Positions 1 through 6,625 of a stretch of DNA of 64,000 bases are shown here, piece by piece (positions within the stretch are counted from its first letter, which is position 1; each line of letters opens with the position of its first letter). The stretch spans positions 507 through 64,506 of the forward strand of contig JAZOLL010000036.1 of assembly GCA_045653105.1 (NCBI GenBank), read 5' to 3'. Both the position numbers and the translations under genes were made by a program. This stretch comes from Eubacteriales bacterium (GTDB lineage Bacteria; Bacillota; Clostridia; Oscillospirales; CAG-272). Below the pieces are notes generated by a model that searched no databases, was not told the origin of the DNA, and saw nothing but the letters and a program-made list of their open reading frames with translations.

Positions 1-2
1 AG

Positions 3-161
3 GTGGCTTCCTCTCACCAGAAAAACAAGACTATAATCATTTCTATCGAGCCTATCGACCGCGCAAAGCTTGAGTCGGTAGTAGCGGAGGCTGGATTTAC
101 CTTCCGCGGAGTTTGCTCGGAGACAATGAAAAAAACACCTTTCTTCTTCAAGAGACGTTAA
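3..161 (+). CDS. 3-prime end of an upstream gene (last 52 aa, ...ISIEPIDRAKLESVVAEAGFTFRGVCSETMKKTPFFFKRR), function unknown
   Basis: Frame 3 is open from the window edge to TAA at 159-161. A terminator hairpin follows 15 nt later. It is missing from the ORF track because it is truncated. Confidence 0.35.
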   Translation: MASSHQKNKTIIISIEPIDRAKLESVVAEAGFTFRGVCSETMKKTPFFFKRR

Positions 162-176
162 TTTTTGACATATCAC

Positions 177-217
177 GCGCCGAAGTGACCCAAAAGGACA
201 CTTCGGCGCTCTTTTTT
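177..217 (+). terminator. Rho-independent terminator
   Basis: Stem gcgccgaagtg (177-187) pairs with cacttcggcgc (199-209), followed by tctttttt. Confidence 0.75.
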
Positions 218-272
218 CTGCAAAAAATGTAAAAAAATACTCGCAAAAAGCAAAAAAAATTTTCAAAAAATC

Positions 273-301
273 TTGCCGAGTGTCACTTGTTGTGTTAGAA
301 T
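273..301 (+). promoter_or_regulatory. sigma-A type promoter for the guaA-like gene
   Basis: TTGCCG (273-278), 17-nt spacer, TAGAAT (296-301) with a TGt extended -10. Several A-tracts lie upstream (195-270). Confidence 0.6.
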
Positions 302-342
302 ATATGTGTGAAAAAATTTAAACCTTTTGGAGGATATGTAAT

Positions 343-1347
343 ATGCAAGGCAATGTACGTCCCGAATCTATGCAACGCATAACCAACTTTGAGCTGGCAA
401 ACGCGTTCATAGAAGAACAGGTAAAAGAAATAAGAGAACAGGTGCAGGACAAAAAGGTTCTTCTCGCGCTCTCAGGCGGAGTTGACTCCTCTGTTGTTGC
501 CGCACTTCTCATAAAGGCTATCGGCAAGCAGCTGGTCTGCGTTCACGTAAACCACGGACTCATGAGAAAGAACGAGTCCGAAAACGTTGTTGAGCTCTTC
601 ACCAACCAGCTTGACGCTAACCTTGTTTACGTTGACGCTACAGACCGTTTTCTCGACCTACTCGCAGGCGTTCCCGACCCCGAGACAAAGAGAAAGATAA
701 TCGGCGCTGAATTCATCAACGTATTTGCTGACGAAGCAAGAAAGCTCGACGGAGTTTCCTTCCTCGCTCAGGGTACTATCTACCCCGACATTCTTGAGAG
801 TGTAAAGCAGGCAGAGGGCAAAAAGGCAGTCAAGTCTCACCACAACGTTGGCGGACTTCCCGAGGACCTCAAGTTCGACGGTCTCGTTGAGCCTGTAAAG
901 CTTCTTTTCAAGGACGAGGTCAGAGTTGTCGGCGAGGCGCTCGGACTTCCCCACGCTATGGTCTACCGTCAGCCCTTCCCCGGTCCCGGACTTGGAGTTC
1001 GTTGCCTTGGCGCGATCACCAGAGACAGACTCCACGCGCTCCGTGAGGCAGATGCTATCCTTCGTGACGAGTTTGACAAGAACGGTCTCGCAGAAAAGGT
1101 ATGGCAGTACTTCATCGTTGTTCCGGACGTAAAGAGCGTCGGTGTCAAGGATGAAAGCAGATACGAGGGTTGGCCCGCGATCATCCGCGCCGTAAATACC
1201 AAGGACGCGATGAGCGCAACCATTGAGGAGATCCCCTACTCCGTACTTCACAAGGTAACTTACAGAATAACCACCGAGGTTGAGGGCATCAACAGAGTTC
1301 TTTACGATCTCACCCCCAAGCCCGTAGGAACTATCGAATGGGAATAA
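343..1347 (+). CDS. guaA: GMP synthase, ATP-pyrophosphatase (PP-loop) subunit only, with no glutamine amidotransferase domain
   Basis: PP-loop SGGVDSSV sits near the N-terminus. Also present are VNHGLMRK, GTIYPDILES, HHNVGGLP, and the typical GuaA C-terminal end KPVGTIEWE. The RBS ggagga lies 8 nt before the ATG. At 334 aa it is about 190 aa shorter than a fused bacterial GuaA. Confidence 0.85.
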   Translation: MQGNVRPESMQRITNFELANAFIEEQVKEIREQVQDKKVLLALSGGVDSSVVAALLIKAIGKQLVCVHVNHGLMRKNESENVVELFTNQLDANLVYVDATDRFLDLLAGVPDPETKRKIIGAEFINVFADEARKLDGVSFLAQGTIYPDILESVKQAEGKKAVKSHHNVGGLPEDLKFDGLVEPVKLLFKDEVRVVGEALGLPHAMVYRQPFPGPGLGVRCLGAITRDRLHALREADAILRDEFDKNGLAEKVWQYFIVVPDVKSVGVKDESRYEGWPAIIRAVNTKDAMSATIEEIPYSVLHKVTYRITTEVEGINRVLYDLTPKPVGTIEWE

Positions 1348-1360
1348 TACAAAAATACCT

Positions 1361-1399
1361 CCGCGGTGTGAAAATATCACGCCGCGGCTTTCTTATTTG
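1361..1399 (+). terminator. Rho-independent terminator after guaA
   Basis: ccgcggtgtga (1361-1371) pairs with tcacgccgcgg (1377-1387) with one mismatch, followed by a T-rich tail. Confidence 0.6.
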
Positions 1400-1471
1400 C
1401 CGTTTCCTGTCATTTGCTGATTAATAATCCTCTTTATGATTATAATAATTATAAAAATTTATAAATAAATA

Positions 1472-1500
1472 TTGACTTTGAGACGGCTTTGTGCTATTAT
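1472..1500 (+). promoter_or_regulatory. sigma-A type promoter for the liv operon
   Basis: TTGACT (1472-1477), 17-nt spacer, TATTAT (1495-1500) preceded by TGc (extended -10). Confidence 0.65.
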
Positions 1501-1565
1501 TTAATGTATATATTTGACGAAACCTCTTTATCTCGTCAAAAAAATTCTACATGAGGTGAAAAATC

Positions 1566-2711
1566 ATGAACAAGACATTTTCAAAAGTTTTGGCTCTTGT
1601 AATGTGTCTTCTCGTAGTTGCTTCCGCTTTCGTTGGTTGTAAGAAGGATGACGGCAACACAGCAAGCACATTGGTTATAGGAGCTACAGGTCCTCTCTCC
1701 GGAGATGCAGCAAGCTACGGTCTCTCCGTACAGAATGGCGCAAACCTTGCTATCAAGGAGATCAACGCTAAGGGCGGTCTCAACGGCATTACCTTCAAGT
1801 TCGAGATGATCGACGATGAGGCTAAGGCTGAAAAGGTTACCGACGCTTACGGTGCTCTTCTCGCAAAGGGAATGAAGGTTGCTATCGGTAGTGTTACTTC
1901 CGGCGCATGCATGACATTCGCTGAGCAGTCTCTCGAGGATAACCTCTTCTTCATCACTCCTTCTGCTTCCGCTGATGACGCTATCAAGAACGACAACGGC
2001 TACAGAATCTGCTTCGGTGACCCCGACCAGGGTACTTACGCAGCTGACGCTCTCGCTGCTGAATACACAAAGATCGGCGTTATCTACAACAACGATGACG
2101 CTTACTCCACAGGTCTTCTCGCAGGTTTCGAGACAAAGATGGCTGCTCTCGGTAAGGCTGATGCTTACGTAAAGAAGGCATTTACAGACTCCACAAAGAC
2201 TGCTTTCGGTACTCAGGTTTCTGAGCTCAAGGCTGCAGGCTGCGACGTTATCTTCCTCCCCATCTACTACCAGGAAGCTTACCTCATAATCTCTGAGGCT
2301 GAAACTCAGGCTTATGACGTTGATTTCTACGGCTGTGACGGTATGGACGGTATCGTTAAGCACGCAGGTACTAACGGCAAGGATAAGATCGCAGGTCTCC
2401 GTTACCTCGCTCCTATCGACGTTGAGAGCACAGACGCTAAGATCAAGGCTTTCGTTGACGCTTACAAGGTAGAGTACAACGGAGAAGTTCCGGACCAGTT
2501 CGCTGCTGATGCTTACGACGCTATCTATGTTATCTATGAGTCCCTCAAGGCTGCTAACTTCGACGACGCTTCTGTTGAGGCTACAGTTATCTGCGACAAG
2601 ATCACTGCTGTTCTTCAGAACGGCTTCTCCTACGCAGGTGTTACAGGAACTATGACATGGAACAAGGGCGGCGCGGCTGTTAAGTCTCCCGTTACCGTTA
2701 CTATCCAGTAA
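1566..2711 (+). CDS. livJ: Branched-chain amino-acid ABC transporter substrate-binding lipoprotein (LivJ/LivK family)
   Basis: Lipoprotein signal MNKTFSKVLALVMCLLVVASAFVGC. The GATGPLSGDAASYG stretch is typical of type I periplasmic binding proteins. It sits directly upstream of livHMGF-like genes. Confidence 0.8.
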   Translation: MNKTFSKVLALVMCLLVVASAFVGCKKDDGNTASTLVIGATGPLSGDAASYGLSVQNGANLAIKEINAKGGLNGITFKFEMIDDEAKAEKVTDAYGALLAKGMKVAIGSVTSGACMTFAEQSLEDNLFFITPSASADDAIKNDNGYRICFGDPDQGTYAADALAAEYTKIGVIYNNDDAYSTGLLAGFETKMAALGKADAYVKKAFTDSTKTAFGTQVSELKAAGCDVIFLPIYYQEAYLIISEAETQAYDVDFYGCDGMDGIVKHAGTNGKDKIAGLRYLAPIDVESTDAKIKAFVDAYKVEYNGEVPDQFAADAYDAIYVIYESLKAANFDDASVEATVICDKITAVLQNGFSYAGVTGTMTWNKGGAAVKSPVTVTIQ

Positions 2712-2726
2712 TTAAACTTTTTGATT

Positions 2727-2813
2727 CTACGCTTGCGGATCTGTTCCGCAAGCGTAGTTGAAGTTAGGATAAAGGCAAAAGTCTGAGCAAGCTCGGGTTC
2801 TTGCCTTTATCCT
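2727..2813 (+). terminator. Two consecutive strong hairpins between the binding-protein gene and the permease genes (probable partial terminator or mRNA stabiliser)
   Basis: Hairpin 1: ctacgcttgcgg (2727-2738) pairs with ccgcaagcgtag (2746-2757). Hairpin 2: aggataaaggcaa (2766-2778) pairs with ttgcctttatcct (2801-2813), a perfect 13 bp stem. Confidence 0.5.
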
Positions 2814-2895
2814 ATCGCGGTCTTTTGGGACAAGCCTTTTTCCAAACATTCCGCCGGGATCTTGTTATACTAACCTTTTTTGAAAGGAAAAAATT

Positions 2896-3768
2896 ATGGA
2901 ATTTATCAGTACACTCATAAACGGAGTGAGTATGGGTGCGGTCTATGCCATGATCGCTCTTGGCTATACCATGGTTTACGGAATAGCTAAAATGCTTAAC
3001 TTCGCTCACGGCGACGTTATAATGGTAGGCTCGTACATAATATTCTCTATGACGCAGCTGCTCCCCAACCCCTACGTTGCGATACTCGTGGCGTTCGTCG
3101 GTTGCGCGATCCTCGGTGTTACGATCGAGAGAATCGCATACCGTCCCCTCAGAGGCGCACCTTCTCTTGCGGTACTTATCACCGCGATAGGTGTAAGCTT
3201 CTTGCTCCAGAGCTTGGCACAACTTATCTTTACGGTAACTCCCAAGCAAGTGCCTCTCTTCGACTTCAAGCCTATCGTCGTAGCAGGACTTACAATAAAG
3301 ACACAGACTATCATAACTCTCATCATAGGCATAATAGTTATGATCGCGCTCACTCTCTTTGTAAACAAGTCAAAGACAGGTAGAGCCATGCTCGCTGTCA
3401 GCGAGGACAGAGATGCCGCAAAGCTTATGGGTGTTAACGTTGACCGCACTATCGCGACGACATTTGCAATCGGTTCGGCTCTCGCGGCAGTTGCCAGCGT
3501 TTGCTACTTGTTCATAACCCCCGTTACAAACCCCACATTCGGCGCAATGCCCGGTATCAAGGCATTCGTTGCAGCGGTTCTCGGAGGAATCGGAAGCATT
3601 CCCGGTGCGGCTATCGGCGGTATCGTACTTGGAATCATTGAGCAGCTCGCGCTCAAATACGACACTCTCGCTCCCTACTCGGATGCGATCGTTTTCGGAA
3701 TACTCATCGTCGTTCTTCTCGTTAAGCCCACAGGACTTCTCGGCAAGAAGCGTCACGAAAAGGTATAA
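2896..3768 (+). CDS. livH: Branched-chain amino-acid ABC transporter permease (LivH-like)
   Basis: 290-aa polytopic membrane protein with the LivH-type C-terminal region GIKAFVAAVLGGIGSIPGAAIGG. Its operon position matches. Confidence 0.85.
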   Translation: MEFISTLINGVSMGAVYAMIALGYTMVYGIAKMLNFAHGDVIMVGSYIIFSMTQLLPNPYVAILVAFVGCAILGVTIERIAYRPLRGAPSLAVLITAIGVSFLLQSLAQLIFTVTPKQVPLFDFKPIVVAGLTIKTQTIITLIIGIIVMIALTLFVNKSKTGRAMLAVSEDRDAAKLMGVNVDRTIATTFAIGSALAAVASVCYLFITPVTNPTFGAMPGIKAFVAAVLGGIGSIPGAAIGGIVLGIIEQLALKYDTLAPYSDAIVFGILIVVLLVKPTGLLGKKRHEKV

Positions 3769-3777
3769 GGAGGGGCT

Positions 3778-4839
3778 ATGAAGACTGTAAAAAAGTTGCT
3801 TGAATACAAATCAATTATCTTCGTCGCGCTCCTCGCGATAGTTTTCCTCATCCTTACTCGCACAGGCGTAGTAACAAAGGCATCCGCGCTCGTACAGCCC
3901 GACCTTCTCACACAGATAGCTTACACAATGATACTCGTTGTATCCCTCAACCTCGTTGTAGGATTCCTCGGTGAGCTTTCTCTCGGTCACGCAGGCTTTA
4001 TGTACGTTGGCGCTTACGTATCGGGTCTTGTTATGTTCTTTGGCAAGACATCTATTGAGCTCCCCTTCCTCCGCTTCTTCCTGGCGCTTCTCGCAGGCGG
4101 TCTTGCGGCGGCTATCTTCGGATTTATCATCGGACTCCCTGCCCTCCGTCTGCGCGGCGACTATCTCGCGATAGTAACGCTTGCCTTTGGTGAGATCATC
4201 AGAGGAATCCTCAAGAATATCAAGATCGAGGGCTTCATCAAGAACCCCGCAGTCGGATTTAACAACCGATCCTTGGCGGCAACCTACTCCAAGTGGCTCT
4301 TCTTTATCGCATTCATGCTCGTTATAGTAACGATCTTCTGCATTCAGAATCTCGTTAAGAGTAAGCACGGAAGAGCGATAAAGGCAATTCGCGACAACGA
4401 AATCGCGGCTCGCTCGATGGGTATCAACATCACATTCTACAAGCTCGCAGTTTTCGCGATCGCCGCATTCTTTGCGGGAATCGCAGGCGCGATCTTCTCA
4501 AACTACACCACCGTCAGCTACGCAACGTTCAGCTATAACTACTCTATAGAGCTTCTCGTTATGGTGGTGCTCGGAGGAATGGGAAGCATCTTCGGAAGCC
4601 TTATCTCCTCTATAGTTATCGTATTTATCAACGTTCAGCTCCGTTCCGTACTTACAGGAAACCTTGCGGGTCTCAAGTACTTCATATACGCGATAATCCT
4701 TATCGTTATGATGATATTTACGTCCTCCCCCAAGCTCGCTCCTCTTCGCGAGAAGCTCAACTGGAAGTACCTTGCGGGCAAGATATTCAAAAAGAAAAAG
4801 ACCTCGGCAACATCCGAGGATGTAAAGGAGGACGCGTGA
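3778..4839 (+). CDS. livM: Branched-chain amino-acid ABC transporter permease (LivM-like)
   Basis: Polytopic protein with GELSLGHAGFMYVGAY and LRGDYLAIVTLAFGEI, both typical of LivM. It starts 10 nt after livH. Confidence 0.85.
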   Translation: MKTVKKLLEYKSIIFVALLAIVFLILTRTGVVTKASALVQPDLLTQIAYTMILVVSLNLVVGFLGELSLGHAGFMYVGAYVSGLVMFFGKTSIELPFLRFFLALLAGGLAAAIFGFIIGLPALRLRGDYLAIVTLAFGEIIRGILKNIKIEGFIKNPAVGFNNRSLAATYSKWLFFIAFMLVIVTIFCIQNLVKSKHGRAIKAIRDNEIAARSMGINITFYKLAVFAIAAFFAGIAGAIFSNYTTVSYATFSYNYSIELLVMVVLGGMGSIFGSLISSIVIVFINVQLRSVLTGNLAGLKYFIYAIILIVMMIFTSSPKLAPLREKLNWKYLAGKIFKKKKTSATSEDVKEDA

Positions 4840-4840
4840 T

Positions 4841-5638
4841 ATGGCAGAAGCAAAAAAGTTTTTCGCTGAAGACGGACGCGAGATAGTCCTCAAAACAAGT
4901 CACCTTTGCATACAGTTCGGCGGACTTAAAGCCGTTGACGACGTAAACCTCGAGATCAAAAAGGGCGAGCTCTACGGACTTATCGGTCCTAACGGAGCGG
5001 GAAAAACAACTGTATTCAACCTCCTTACAGGAGTTTATAAGCCCACCTCGGGTAGATTTTACCTTTGCGGAGACGACCTCACAGGCAAAGCTCCCGCCGA
5101 GGTCAACAAGAGAGGTATTGCACGTACATTTCAGAACATTCGTCTTTTCAACAACCTCACGGTAATTGAAAACGTTATGGTCGGTCTTTCGAATCAGATC
5201 CCCTGCGGAATGCTCTCCTCTATTCTCCGTCTTCCCCGTCATATACGCTCTGAGCGTAAGTATCGTGAGCAGGCGCTTGAGCTTCTCCGCGTTTTCAAGC
5301 TTGACGAGTACGCAGATACACTCGCAGCAAATCTTCCCTACGGAAAGCAGAGAAAGCTTGAGATAGCAAGAGCTATGGCGACAAACCCGAAGCTCCTTCT
5401 TCTTGACGAGCCCGCTGCGGGAATGAACCCGAACGAAACTCAGGAGCTTATGGACGTTATCACGTTCATTCGCGAAAAATTCGACATAACGATACTTCTG
5501 ATAGAACACGATATGCGCCTTGTCGGCGGCATCTGTGAGAGACTCACAGTGCTCAACTTCGGTACGGAGCTCGCAGTTGGTGAGACCTCCGAGGTCCTCA
5601 ACAACCCCGATGTTATCAAGGCTTATATCGGCGAGTGA
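4841..5638 (+). CDS. livG: Branched-chain amino-acid ABC transporter ATP-binding protein (LivG-like)
   Basis: Walker A GPNGAGKTT, ABC signature region LPYGKQRKLEIARA, Walker B LLLLDEPAAG. It starts 2 nt after the livM stop. Confidence 0.9.
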   Translation: MAEAKKFFAEDGREIVLKTSHLCIQFGGLKAVDDVNLEIKKGELYGLIGPNGAGKTTVFNLLTGVYKPTSGRFYLCGDDLTGKAPAEVNKRGIARTFQNIRLFNNLTVIENVMVGLSNQIPCGMLSSILRLPRHIRSERKYREQALELLRVFKLDEYADTLAANLPYGKQRKLEIARAMATNPKLLLLDEPAAGMNPNETQELMDVITFIREKFDITILLIEHDMRLVGGICERLTVLNFGTELAVGETSEVLNNPDVIKAYIGE

Positions 5639-5679
5639 TAAGCATCACTCAAAAAAATCCGCGAAAGGAATCTTAAAAA

Positions 5680-6396
5680 ATGTCAGAACACATACTTGAG
5701 GTAAAAGATCTTAAAGTATATTACGGTGTTATAAATGCCCTCAAGGGTATCTCGTTTCACGTAGATAAAGGTGAGATCGTCTCGCTTATCGGTGCAAACG
5801 GCGCGGGAAAGACCACAACGCTTCACACGATAACAGGTCTTATTCGTCCGCAGAGCGGCTCTATCGTCTATAAGGGACAGGAGCTCACTCATGTTCCCGC
5901 CCACAAGATAGTTTCTATGGGTATGGTGCACGTTCCGGAGGGACGAAGAATATTCCAGAACCTCTCTGTGTATGAAAACCTTATGATGGGCGCATACTCA
6001 CAGAAGGACAAAGCAAAGATAGAGGAAAATCTGGAGCTCGTATTCACTCAGTTCCCCAGACTCAAGGAGCGTCGCCGTCAGCTCGCAGGTACACTTTCGG
6101 GCGGTGAGCAGCAGATGCTCGCTATGGGACGCGCACTTCTCGCAAATCCCGAGCTTATCGTCCTTGACGAGCCCTCGATGGGACTCTCTCCCCTGCTCGT
6201 ATCCGAGGTCTTTGAGATAGTAAAATCCTTCAGAGAGGCAGGAAAGACCGTGCTTCTCGTTGAGCAGAACGCGAAAAAGGCAATGTCTATCTCGGACAGA
6301 GTTTACGTTCTTGAGACAGGCGCTATCACTACAAGTGGCGCGGCAGCAGAGCTCATCAACGACGAGAGGATCAAGAAGGCGTATCTTGGCGAATGA
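5680..6396 (+). CDS. livF: Branched-chain amino-acid ABC transporter ATP-binding protein (LivF-like)
   Basis: Walker A GANGAGKTT, signature LSGGEQQMLAMGRAL, Walker B IVLDEPSMGL. Confidence 0.9.
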   Translation: MSEHILEVKDLKVYYGVINALKGISFHVDKGEIVSLIGANGAGKTTTLHTITGLIRPQSGSIVYKGQELTHVPAHKIVSMGMVHVPEGRRIFQNLSVYENLMMGAYSQKDKAKIEENLELVFTQFPRLKERRRQLAGTLSGGEQQMLAMGRALLANPELIVLDEPSMGLSPLLVSEVFEIVKSFREAGKTVLLVEQNAKKAMSISDRVYVLETGAITTSGAAAELINDERIKKAYLGE

Positions 6397-6424
6397 TACT
6401 CACCCCGAAATTTTACCAAATCCC

Positions 6425-6453
6425 TTGACTTTTATAGGGCTTTGTGATATATT
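6425..6453 (+). promoter_or_regulatory. sigma-A type promoter driving the ATPase leader
   Basis: TTGACT (6425-6430), 17-nt spacer, TATATT (6448-6453) preceded by TGa (extended -10). Confidence 0.7.
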
Positions 6454-6460
6454 AAAGTTA

Positions 6461-6577
6461 ATATGAGGGAGTAGTTGGCACGCAAGTGTGATAAGTCAAC
6501 ATCTCGACGTTTTACGTCCTGGCTTATCTTAATTTACGAGACTCATATACCACCGCGGTATATGAGTCTCGTTTTTT
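6461..6577 (+). promoter_or_regulatory. Cis-regulatory leader RNA with an intrinsic terminator; candidate yybP-ykoY (Mn2+) riboswitch
   Basis: The closing helix pairs AUAUGAG (6461-6467) with CUCAUAU (6542-6548). It is followed immediately by GGAGUAG on the 5-prime side and preceded by ACGAGAC on the 3-prime side. Inner helices are GAUAAG/CUUAUC and GACGU/ACGUC. The terminator stem cgagactcatatacc (6537-6551) / ggtatatgagtctcg (6557-6571) plus T6 overlaps the 3-prime strand of the closing helix. Confidence 0.55.
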
Positions 6578-6625
6578 AGTATCACCTACCGCAAACTACA
6601 ATCCAACAAACAGAAAGGACAAAAA

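Noticed and set aside
1348-1565. A possible T-box or other amino-acid-responsive leader upstream of the liv operon.
   Set aside because: The promoter at 1472-1500 leaves only about 60 nt of leader. That is too short for a T-box, and no specifier or antiterminator structure is visible.
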